From Eledone cirrhosa (lineage: Eukaryota): 64,000 bases of DNA. The position numbers and the translations under genes were made by a program. The stretch lies in assembly GCA_964016885.1 (NCBI GenBank), contig OZ024750.1:7812001-7876000 (forward strand), read 5' to 3'. Every line of letters starts with the position of its first letter. Position 1 is the stretch's first letter. A model generated the notes under the pieces. The model was not told the DNA's origin, searched no databases, and saw nothing but the letters and a program-made list of their open reading frames with translations. Below are positions 52,829-64,000 of the stretch, piece by piece.

Positions 52829-53242
52829 TATGTATGTATATATGTATAGGTATATATGTATATGTATATATATATATATAGGTATATATGTATATGTATG
52901 TATATACGTATGTATATGTGCATATGTATGTATATATGTATGTATTTGTATGTAAATGTATACATATATGTATATGTATATATGCATATGTATGTATATA
53001 TATACACATGCTTTATAGACATGCTTTCGGATTTGAGTTGGTTTTCTCGTTGCTTTGGTCCTTGCGGCTGCCTTACCGGTCGCACTCCTCAATTCGTCAA
53101 GCTGTCTAAACGTACGTTATTACTCTATGGTGAAACTACCATATTGAGTGCTTAGCTGCACATTCCTGATTGCATTGATTTGCATGGCCGCTGCCAGAGC
53201 TTCCATTATACTCAACTTCCATTTGTATATATATATATATAT

Positions 53243-53592
53243 ATATTGGTAAACGGAATAGAAAATGCTGACAAATTGTTCACAGTTGAAAAATGGTTTA
53301 ATTAGGAATAAAAGAGTATTAGTGATTGTATGGTTAGTATTCAGGTGTGGTTTTAAGTTTTTAAGTTTTTACCGGTTGCGCATTTCTAAATGCTTTTCAA
53401 AAATAATTTTGAGATAGAGTGTCCATGCTGTTTGCTCTGATCTTAGCAAAACCACAACTGAATACTAACCCATACAATTACTAATACTCTTTTATTCCTA
53501 ATTAAACCATTTTTCAACTGTGAACAATTTGTCAGCATTTTCTATTCCGTTTACCAATATATAATAACTTGTGTGTTACACCTCTATTCTTT

Positions 53593-53598
<6 letters not shown>
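53243..53598 (+). mobile_element. (TA)n-flanked inverted-repeat element (arms about 53243-53354 and 53448-53562, about 93-nt spacer, short tail); no hammerhead seen
   Basis: Inverted match seen directly. Confidence 0.8.
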
Positions 53599-53641
<43 letters not shown>

Positions 53642-53776
53642 ATAATAATAAATTTGAAGACTAAAATCCAAAGAGGGCTCGATAAGGATAAATATATATC
53701 AAATATATAAGAACCGTAGAGCAAATATTTATTAAAATAACAGATTAAAGTTTAAGCAAAGATTCTTCTTCTTACA

Positions 53777-53917
53777 TTGAATACTTAGGGTAGTAGAGTG
53801 GGAAATAAGAAAAAGTATGACCCCGACGGCTGAGCTCATGCCGTTTCGACGGCTATTTCTGGACTCAGAAATAGCCGTCGAAACGGCTTGAGCTCTGCCG
53901 TCGGGGTCATACTTTTT

Positions 53918-53920
<3 letters not shown>
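53777..53920 (-). mobile_element. Family A fold-back element (tail truncated)
   Basis: Axis tttctg-gact-cagaaa. Confidence 0.85.
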
Positions 53921-53956
<36 letters not shown>

Positions 53957-54012
53957 CGTTTCTGAATTTGTTTAGCAAGATTCTTATTGGCAACATGACC
54001 CTCCCAAAGTAT

Positions 54013-54071
<59 letters not shown>

Positions 54072-54076
<5 letters not shown>

Positions 54077-54308
54077 GACATAATTTTGCTGTTTCGGTCG
54101 TCAACGAAATTTCGCTCAGGTGGCATTGGTCGACACAAGGCTATATATGACACTTGCAGCAATAGGATTACATCCGAAAGCATGTCTTTCCAGAGAGAAC
54201 TCCTTAATCCTATTGCTGCAAGTGTCGTATAGAATATATAGCTTTGGGCTGACCAATGCCACCTGAGCGAAATTTTGTTGACTGAAACAGCAAAATCTTA
54301 TCGTGTAT
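54072..54308. mobile_element. Symmetric about 235 bp palindromic element in (TA)n (MITE-like, or an inverted SINE 3' half)
   Basis: Arms about 54072-54170 and 54205-54308 (gacacttgcagcaataggatta / taatcctattgctgcaagtgtc). Confidence 0.75.
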
Positions 54309-54326
54309 ATATATATATATATATAT

Positions 54327-54520
54327 AACGAAGGAAATGTGGTAAGGAACCAGGTGGACCATAACGCACCAAAGTACTCAATACTTGAGGTAGTAGAGTG
54401 GATAATAGGAACCAGTAAGACCCCGACAGCTGAGCTCAAGCCGTTTCGACGGCTAATTCTGAGTCCAGAATTAGCCGTCGAAACGGCTTGAGCTCAGCTG
54501 TCGGGGTCTTACTGGTTCCT
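54327..54520 (-). mobile_element. Family A fold-back element
   Basis: Near-identical to the 47238 copy; axis attctg-agtc-cagaat. Confidence 0.85.
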
Positions 54521-54543
54521 ATATATATATATATATATATATA

Positions 54544-54693
54544 AAGTTTATCCTGGGTTCAATCGGGGGTAACCTCAGTAACTAAGGTACACAATACAAT
54601 ATAAATATTTAATATAGAAATGGCTTCTACAGGACTAGAATTGTTTCATTCGGGAATGAAACAGTTCTAGTCCTGTAGAAGCCATTTCTATAT

Positions 54694-54695
<2 letters not shown>
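54544..54695 (-). mobile_element. Family B fold-back copy; axis inside hammerhead stem II, CUGANGA lost
   Basis: Arms 54610-54651 and 54654-54695 around attc-gg-gaat; same tail as the 23181 copy; (TA)n on both sides. Confidence 0.85.
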
Positions 54696-54748
<53 letters not shown>

Positions 54749-54889
54749 ATGACATGCATAACGTTGGGCGTTTTAATTTGTTGCATTAAGGTCTACCAAC
54801 CAGAACTACCAGTTGTACTCATTGGTAATCAAACTAACATAAATAGTATATATATCATCCATCTTCCACGCTAGCATGGGTAGGACAAC

Positions 54890-54933
<44 letters not shown>

Positions 54934-54964
54934 ACACACACACACACACATACACACACACACA

Positions 54965-54996
<32 letters not shown>

Positions 54997-56116
54997 TATC
55001 AATAGACGTTTGTCGTTGGGTTTCACAGAGTCTAGAAGTTTCATTGGGGCTGATATTATCGACTAAGTCTCATCAAATCGAAATCAGTTTAAACATTAAG
55101 TTAAATATACATGCATGGCACTTGACTCTAGAGAGTGAGGTGATGAATAAAGATCCACCGAATGTAAGATAAAGAATATGTAGAAGAGATATAGCTAAAT
55201 AAACCGAGCCCAATCCTGAATTGATTCTTTATTCATCGAGCTGAAATCATTGAAAGGTTAAAGCTGATTTCTGTAGGATTTGAACTGAACACAGTGACAG
55301 ATGGTACGAATAGAGTAAAGTAATATATCCGACATTCTATGAAGTCTGCCAAATTACAGCCTTAGAAAAATTAATAACTGAAGAAATAAATAAAGGTTTC
55401 CTTAAATCACCTTTATGGATAAGATGAAAAACTGAGAGAAAAAAAATGTAAATCCCAGCAGCATATTAGATCTTTAAGTGCAATATATTATTACAGTCGG
55501 TTTCCTTGACATCGGCGTTGTCACGTTGACTGTTTGTTGCTATGGTGACAGTTGGTTGCGGCCAATAGATTAATATCGCCTTGGGTTGAAGGGGGGAGGG
55601 GGAGGACAAACATTTCAAAACTAAAGCAAAAAAAAAAAAAGGTAATAATAACAATATCTAGAGAATTATAATGCAGAAAGACAGACACGCATACACACAC
55701 ATGTAGGACCAGAAACAGATGTACACACACACACGCGTACGCATGCACACACACACGTACGTGCACACACACACACACACGTACGTGCACACATACACGT
55801 ACACATTCACACACAGACACACACATACGCGTGCATGCGCGCACACACACATGCAACAAGATACAGAAAATAATTAATGATCTGAAATACTATAAAAGTT
55901 CTGATGAAAGACACACACACGTACACGCACACGCACGCGCACGCGCACGCGCGCATTTGGACATATACACACACACCATATATATATATATGAGTGTGTT
56001 TGTGCGCGGCTCTCTCTCTCCCCGTATATAAATATGTATAGGCGTTTGTGTGTGTGTGCCCTTGTGTGTGTGACATACTGTGTATATGCGTATGAAAGTG
56101 TATGAGTGTGTATATA

Positions 56117-56164
<48 letters not shown>

Positions 56165-56844
56165 TGAGAGTGTATGTGTGTGTATATATGTGTATGTATA
56201 TCATAATTATATAAAATGATAAATAATCGCATTTTAGATCGAGAAATCAGTTTCAAGGCAATTAATAAATGTGAATGACCGAGTTATGATACTTGATACA
56301 TGGTTGAAATAGATATTGTGTAAAGAGATCTGTAACAAGGAGTGTGTTTGGTCCTCTCTGGCAAAGATACAGTCGGGCGTTTCCGGAAAAACTTTGTCTA
56401 TTACACAAGGGTTCGACATTTGGGAAATCTAAATGTTATTTATTTATCTGTTCATTTATTTATTATTTTTGTTTAGCTTACGAGAATAATCGTCTTTATG
56501 TTTCTATCAATCAAATAAATTGCCTTTGAACCAGCGAGGGTGCCTCTATGTGGTTCCTTAAAATGCTGGAAACAATAGTTAACTCTTTAGCCTTTATATT
56601 ACTCTATATATACTATTGTATTTTCACAGTAAAGGTTTTACCTTACATAATTATCTCACATAATATTAAATTTATGAGTTTTGATATCATTTATTTTGTG
56701 AACAATACCTTAAAGTTGATATGAGGGGCAAGTTATGGCCAATTTGAACCGAAAAAGGTGAGAGAATTCTGGCCGGATATGGCCGGTTTAAATGCTAAAG
56801 GTTTACGTGTCTAGCAAATAGCAAACACCCTAGCGTCTTGAATA

Positions 56845-57005
56845 AGAAAAGTTTCATTGGCGCGTTTATAGAGTCTAGAAGTTTCATTAAGGCGTACATA
56901 GAGTCTAGAAGTTTCATTGGGACGTTTATAGAGTCTAGAAGTTTCATTGGGGCATTCATAGTGTCTAGAAGTTTCAGTGGGCCGTTCATAGTCTAGTAAA
57001 GTTTA
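56845..57005. repeat. 30-bp minisatellite, about 5 copies
   Basis: Unit tttatagagtctagaagtttcattggggcg; a single related copy lies at about 55025-55050. Confidence 0.85.
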
Positions 57006-57623
57006 CTATATTTTGTCAGAGCTATTTAGCTCAAGTACAACCTGGTCATGCAGATATACAGACCAATGTTTAAAAGCCTCCCATTCATAGCTATTTGTAT
57101 GTCTATCATTTATTCTTTTTAAGTTTGGTAGAAATTGATTTGAAGGAAACTATTATTTATTTATAGCAGTACTAGTGTCTACATAAAGGCTTCTTCAGTG
57201 ACTGTAATTAATATATAAAACAATGTGTTTGCCGCCTACCATAAATATAAATTGCTTTGTACGTGAAAGGGCCAATACAAGATTATATTTGGAATAATAC
57301 AAACGTTACACAGCATTGCCTGCTGCTTCAGATTTCTAAGGCTTAACTCATTATTAAGAGGATTAAAAGTGGAAATTATTTTCGTCACAGCGGTTGGTAA
57401 AGTTGGTGGATGTCTGGTTAACAGAACAAGGCTTTCGTCATTAGGTTTATATATTACATTGTAAAGAAATAGAGCAAGGTTAAGCGAACTTAGAAGGTTT
57501 ATTGTTGTTGCTTAGCTCAAGTTAATATTTATTGAATAGCTCTCTGGCATTCTAGCCATGGACACCCTCACCTTTTAGAGGTTTATAAACTGTTATTAGA
57601 TTGTATTATTTTCTTTATTAACG

Positions 57624-57776
57624 CTATGCTTTGCAGTATAGTTACGTCCCTTTACGGACTGAGTTCAAATCCCGCTGAGGTTAGCTTTGCCTTTCATCCT
57701 TACGGGGTCGATAAAATAAAGTACCAGTAATGCACTGGGTAATTGCTGGCCTTCTGCCAAAAGTAGAAACAATTAT
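57624..57776 (+). mobile_element. SINE S1 copy (5'-truncated)
   Basis: Core and tail match. Confidence 0.88.
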
Positions 57777-58670
57777 TTTCTTTATTAACTCCTTATTTAA
57801 CACATGTGATTTGAGGGCGCTTTGTATTTGTTTATAGTAAGTGTGACCGTTGTATCATTTGTTGGTCAAGGTTATAGTGTAAAGATGTATACATACCTTG
57901 TGTTGATGTTCATGTCGAAAGGAAAGACGAAAGAGTGCCAGAGAGAAAGATAGATAAGGTTGACAAAAATAAAGAGAGAGGAAGAGGAGAGAGAAATTGA
58001 GAGAGAGTTGTTGTTTAGTTGTTTACAATGTGTGAATAATGCTGGGATACAGCAATACATGTCGTAAATACTCAGATACGAGGATCATAACACTGGAAAC
58101 AATAATGACAAGGAAATAAATCCGTGTATTTTGTTCCCTATTTTGAGGACCTCCTTCTCCAAGATATGCACACCACACTCCCCCAAAAAATCAATCCTAG
58201 TTTTTACACCTCTTGCACTAAGAAATTTACTAAAGCTACATTTCATACAAGATAGTATAACGTCTCCCAGGCCAAATCATTGTACAGGTCATTGCACCCC
58301 ACGGTTCTCAACACCACAATGAATGTTTCCACAACATTGCTACGTTTGCTAGTGCAGAAGACCCAACTGCTATGTTATTATGATAAATAAAAGCTCTCTA
58401 TTTTTATTTGTTATCACGATTACTTTTGTCTTTAACATCTAGACGACAATAATATACCCAGAGTATATTATTGGAATAGCTACAGTAATGTTTCCTTTAC
58501 CTTATTTTGTATTTAGTTTTGTTTCTAATATTAATTAAATGCGTCAATAATTGACCATACTCAAGGTTAGTTTCACATGTGTCCTGACCATTTCATGAAT
58601 TCATTAGTGAATATATGACCTAATTCTCTTACCACTCTTTCCTAATAAAATTATATTTCTCAAAATAAAA

Positions 58671-58862
58671 GGCGGTGGATTGGCAGTATCGGTAGAGGGT
58701 CGGACGCCATGCTTTGCAGCATAGTTACGGCCCTTTACGGTTTGAGTTCAAATCCCGCCAAGGTTAACTTTGCATTTGATCCTTACGGGGGTCGATAAAA
58801 TAAAATACCAGTAATGCACTGTGATAATTGCTGGCCTTGTGCCAAAACTAGAAACAATTATA
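58671..58862 (+). mobile_element. SINE S1 copy
   Basis: Full match. Confidence 0.9.
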
Positions 58863-58999
58863 TTTCTTAATTATCTTCCCCTGTCTTAAAGTTTCCGTTG
58901 TTACAATTTTCTCACTATAATTTCATCTAAACTTTTCTAGAAAATCAGTATATTATCTCAAGCAGCTGCGTTTCAAGCTGTGTATCAGCTGGAGCGTAC

Positions 59000-60770
59000 A
59001 TTTGAGGTCATCCATCTTATAAAGATTGTTGATTGTCCTTTCGTAGCATTTTTACTAAAGTTGTATCTAGGCTAATATATTGGTTAATGGTGTTAATGAC
59101 AGAAAAGGGAGAGAAGAAATAAAGCACCTTTAGAGATTCTTCTAATAGAGATGGGTTTTATTTTTTATATATAACTCCTTTTTGTATGTATCTGTAGAAT
59201 TGTTTGCCATGTACACACACGTGTTTAATATAATCGCCTGCTATTAATTCCACGACACCCATGGTTAATATCTCCAGGAACTCTGAGAGAAGGATACTGC
59301 TAAAAGCTCTCTCGTAGTCAATGTATATCCTACTTGTAGCCTTTTACCTCTTTCTGTATATTTTCTTCATCCGTAATTTATCTATATAGTGATTAACCTT
59401 GCTTCCCCACCTCAGTATATCAAACATATTTTTGCTACTAATTTTCAATCTGAATAAAGGATGTGATCATTTTCTGGTGCCTTCGATTTTTATAAGGTTA
59501 TTTCATGAGTTATTGGGTTGATATGAACTCCCGTCATTGATCATGTGCAGTGTTAATTGTTTTGAACAAACTTGTCTGTGGTAATTCCTTCGCCGTCCAT
59601 ATCCTTTCACAGAGTTCTTCTTGTCTTGCTATTGCAGCTGTATTGATTAGATTCTATTCTTACATAGTTCTTGATGAAATTGTTTTGAGTTGGAATCGAG
59701 CTATTTGTTTTGTTTAAAGAATCGTTATCGCTTTTCATAATGACGTATTCTTTTCGATTTAGCGAATATCTCCTATTTCAAGCGTTGTTCTTTCATATCG
59801 GCACTTTTTTTTCTTATGTTATGTTACATTTTTGTAATATTTGACTCTTCTTTATTTTTTCAACTCCGTCTTTTTCATTATTGATTTTATTAAGGATTGA
59901 GATATATATTTTTTTAATTCTCAAAACATATTCTGTATGTTTCATTTCCACGTTGTCACATTAGGATTGTATATTCCTGTATGAGTAGATAAGATATATA
60001 ACCCACATTCATTTGTAAATACTGCTGTTGTATATGTATATTATGTCCATTTACCGTGACATTGATATTCCTGTCTGTTTAAATTAACTCTGATAACATT
60101 TGGTACTTTATTATTATTGTCAGTGGATTGGCAGTATCGGTAGAGGGTCGGACGCCATGCTGCAGCATAGAATTACGGCCATTTATGATCTGAGTTCAAA
60201 TTCTGCCGAGGTTAACTTTGCCTTTCATTCTTACAGGGTCGATAAAATAAAGTACCAGTAATACAGTGAGAAAATTGCTGGCCTTGTGCCAAAAGTAGAA
60301 TCAATTATTATTGTCGTTGCTTCATCTTTCAGTTTCATTATTGTAAGAATCTTCCATTGCTCCATAGGGAGAAATTCTATCGATTATATTTATTCCGCTA
60401 TAGCTACCTTTAGATTATCATCTTTTTAAAGATTTCCAATGTTGAGAAATTTCAATTCAGTAGATTTTGTAGGTCAGTATTCCGCACGTGTTTTACGGTT
60501 TGGTTTTATTTACCCCGTTTGTGCCACACATTATTTTTGTGGTTTATTATCTTCATATTTTTTATTCCCTTTTTACCATTTGTTCGTTATTTTTGTTTAT
60601 TATTTTCGTGATATATTCATTATTCTAAGTGTTTTGGTTCTAAGAATATATCCTTTTCTGTTTGCCGGGGCTGTGGGGAGGCCAGCACTTGGGACCCCAT
60701 TTGTTCACCATACAGAGAAATGGCGGCGATGACATTGGGAGTTATGCTCTTCCTCGTTTGGACAATATCC
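59000..60770 (-). mobile_element. Heavily decayed non-LTR retrotransposon (RT motif remnants)
   Basis: Minus strand 59293-59328 translates to IYIDYERAFSSI (cf. LINE RT D.EKAFDSV). About 59105-59158 gives PISIRRISKGALFLLSLF (cf. RGVRQGCPLSPLLF). The 5' part is homologous to 21350-21470. Confidence 0.55.
60122..60303 (+). mobile_element. SINE S1 copy with a 12-bp TSD, inserted in a decayed LINE
   Basis: TSD attattattgtc at 60110-60121 and 60304-60315. Confidence 0.9.
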
Positions 60771-63331
60771 TTTTGGTTGTGTTTATTATCTATATAGAAA
60801 ATTATTTCCTCTGACTTATTAGATCCATGATATTGTGTAATTTGGATTCACGTGTAGTGTATAACTGTAAAATAGGCATAACATATAGAAACACATTCTA
60901 CTCGTGTCTACTTCTATCTTTTCTATTCTACTATAAAAACCGAAGTGCAAAATCTGCCATATTGTTTAGATTGTCGTCACATTTATTTAGTATCGGCCTA
61001 TTTGTTTTGATGTTGCAGAATTTTGAATTCTTTGTTTCATACAATTTAAACATTCTCTTTTGTAACCCTATATTGAAAAATACAGGGTTTATTTATATTG
61101 ATCATAATATATTCGAGGTAAAGTGTAATACATTTTTATTTATAAATCGATGTATTGCGTTTCCATTTTTTATCGATTTGATTGGCCGTTATTTGTTCAA
61201 TTTTGAAGAATAGTTTTCTGGATGATCAAATAGTCTTCTTCTAAATAAAAACAAAATCATCTGAAAGAATAAATATTTGATTTAATGTGGCATCGTTTCT
61301 TTATGTAAACTGGAAAAAGAGGAAAGGAAGAGGACACATAAAAATATATTGCAGCTGAAAGGGAAAACTGCTTCAAGCCCAAACCCAGTAACACATGAAG
61401 TAAAAGTACGCAATCAGCCCTCCCTCTCATTAATTCAAGTAGTCTTGCCTATCTCACTATCAACAGTATCGGCAACTCTAGTGCCAATGATGCTGGACAT
61501 TGTGGACGAGGCGGTAGTATCATTTCTACATCAGCTGAACCAGCTGTGGCAAAAACAACTGTAGCGAAGACCCCAAAGACAATAGTAAAAATTGAGATAG
61601 GTCAACTATACCAACGTTGCCAACGACCAAACTAATATTGGATACGGCCACACACATACATATGCACACGTTCACGCACATGCACACACACACACGCAGA
61701 CACACAGAGACACAGACACATATGTAGGTTCGTCTTCAAACTTTTTGTATTCGTTGTTGTTGTATAAGTATGGCCACTGTTTCGGTCGTTGTTCTTGGTG
61801 TCACACTTTATAACTGTTGTGTTTTACTCTGGACGATAATGTTTAGCTTCTCGCTTCATTGAGTGCTTTGTGATTGCCTCAAACAACTCGATTAGTACTT
61901 GCTATATAGCGGCAACAACTTTGATTTATACCCAATATTAGATAGATATGATATCATATGGAGTGTTTACTAGGTCATTGCTAGAAAGGCTACAATTTCG
62001 GTCGGTTATATAAACTTCATGAGATATACACAGTCAACAAATATTAGATACATAGACAAAATATTGTCTATTGAAAGCAAATTACGTAAGCTTCCACTAT
62101 GCTGTTTCTCTTTAAGAGGTCAGAGTTAATAGCAGAAGGCTTTTGCTATCATATTTACAATTCCAGGTGCCGATGTATATGGGTCTCTACGTGTTTGCTA
62201 AACTTGTTAGAAATAGCAGTTATCCATTTAAATATTTCTTAGATGTGCTTCATAATTATAATGTTAAAATTTCACCAATAATTTCAGACTGCGTTTTCAA
62301 TAAGCAATCATAAAGAACTCGTAGGCAGATAAAGTTTGAAAATGTTCGTTGAACATTAAACTATGATATTAAAACATAAAAAATACCTATTTTAAAGAGT
62401 TGCAATTAGATCGATAGATATGTATATATTTTCTTTAAAGAGTACCGCTATGAAAATGACAGGAACGAAATGGTAGCTGGAAAATATATAAAAGCTTTTC
62501 TATGGAAGAGCTGAATACAAGAAACAAGATATATTTAAAGAGAAGTACTGCAATAGCTGACAGAAAGCTGTAAATGTTATGAAATACGAGTGCAATAAGC
62601 AGATATATACCGGTCACATGTCATCCAGAAATCCATGAAATCTATAATTGAAGAGAAAATATAAAATGTAAAAAGAACGAAACAAAGCAAGCAGAGACAA
62701 AAAGAAAATCATGAAATATAATTAGAAGTTGGAAAAAAAAGAAAACAATGTAAAAGAAAGTCACAGGAGAAAACACGAAGAGAAAATACAGTAAGTTGTG
62801 ACAACAACTGAATGAAACAAAGAAGAGTTGAATTGCTGAACGAAACATTTACAAATTAAAATTACTACACTGCTTCCTGAATTACACGAATCTTGTCTAA
62901 ATCGACGGAATAATTATACATTTCAAAAGAAAAAAAAATCAATGTAGAATCAAAAGATTAGCCGCTCTTGTAATCATATATCTGTCAGTCACTCGGGGAT
63001 ATGATGTTCAAATTTCATTCTGTACAAAGTTTTCATCTAATCTGCTGAGAATAAAGAATAAAACAGCATGTTTTTCCTCAAAGTCATTGTATTGGTTGAA
63101 TGCTCTTATAACAGTAGTTTCCAGATCATTTGGACTTCATTCTATCTTTATCCAAATTAAGGCGTTACTGTTTCATGACAAAATAAGTATTGTAATTATT
63201 TTATGATATAGATTACATCCTCTCTCAAATAAATGAACTTATTGATCTCCTTTTATTCAGGAATGTGGTGGATTTGCTCTGTTGAGTATATAAAATAAAG
63301 GTGCTTTTCACATTATAATTAACTATCGTAA

Positions 63332-63753
63332 TGGCGCTGGATTAACAGTTTCGATAGAGAGTCTGGCAATATGCTGCGCAGCATTGTTACGTCTCTTTAC
63401 GTTCTGTGTTCAAGGTTAGCTTAGCCTTTCATCCTTACAGAGTTGATAAAACGAAGTACTTGTGACGCACTGGGGTTGATTTAATCGAATTTCCCTTCAA
63501 ATTTTTGACCTTGTGCCAAACGTGGGAACAATTATTTAATTGATTTAACTGGTACCTTAAAATAATATAATTGTTTTTACTTTTCGCACAAGGCTAGCAT
63601 TTACCCAGTACATTACTGGTACTTTATTTTATCGACCCCGTAAGGATGAAAGACAAAGTTAACCTCGACGGGATTTAAACTCAGACTGTAAAGGGACGTA
63701 ACTATGCTGGAAAGCATGGCGCCCGACCCTCTACCGATACTGCCAATTCACCA
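63332..63753. mobile_element. Tail-to-tail pair of S1 SINEs (63332-63535 +, 63568-63753 -)
   Basis: Both match S1. Confidence 0.85.
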
Positions 63754-64000
63754 ATAAAAGCCAAATGGCTTCATGCCTCGTCTAAATGAATTTATGTTTG
63801 TATTATTAATAATATGCTTATGTATTTGAAGCTGCAATACCATTAGTATGCCACTGAAACACATGCTCTACTACAGCTCCGATAACACATTCTAAAAAAA
63901 TAATAAACTAAAATGTAATTGTCTTGACTTGAATATCAAATAGCTATGGCGTCACAAACATATTTCCAGACGTTCAGCAGCTCCCTGCTTCAGTGGTTTT

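Noticed and set aside
53012-53110. Minus-strand ttgacga...ttgag/ctcaa...GAAA with flanking stem
   Set aside because: Core mismatch and no clear stem III; possibly a decayed copy but unsupported.
54303-54491. Recurrent ORF 'MVRNQVDHNAPKYSIL...' (also 45531, 47284, 47974)
   Set aside because: Antisense translation of the family A non-coding repeat, with a GTG start and variable frames.

Overview
An AT-rich (visually about two-thirds A+T), microsatellite-saturated animal genomic window. The SINE content suggests a coleoid cephalopod, probably octopus, but that is inferred from recalled sequence and not verified. One credible protein-coding exon is present: about 41050-42414 on +, encoding an ankyrin-repeat N-terminus. 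Almost all other listed ORFs are (TA)n, (CA)n, (CT)n or (CAC)n artefacts. The rest is repeat DNA: about 20 copies of one tRNA-headed SINE, several copies of a CORE-like tRNA SINE, RTE and L1/Tx1-like LINE fragments, MITE-like elements and minisatellites. The most striking feature is a dense set of short (about 150-600 bp) non-coding elements from roughly ten families that look unrelated in sequence. They mostly sit in (TA)n tracts, carry type-I hammerhead ribozyme motifs (about 9 canonical-looking, about 6 degenerate, and more than 10 half-motifs), and often form fold-back palindromes. The fold-back axis frequently falls on a hairpin of the element, often hammerhead stem II. They look like non-autonomous Penelope-like or retrozyme-type retroelements. 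All structures were read by eye, so coordinates are approximate to a few bases.
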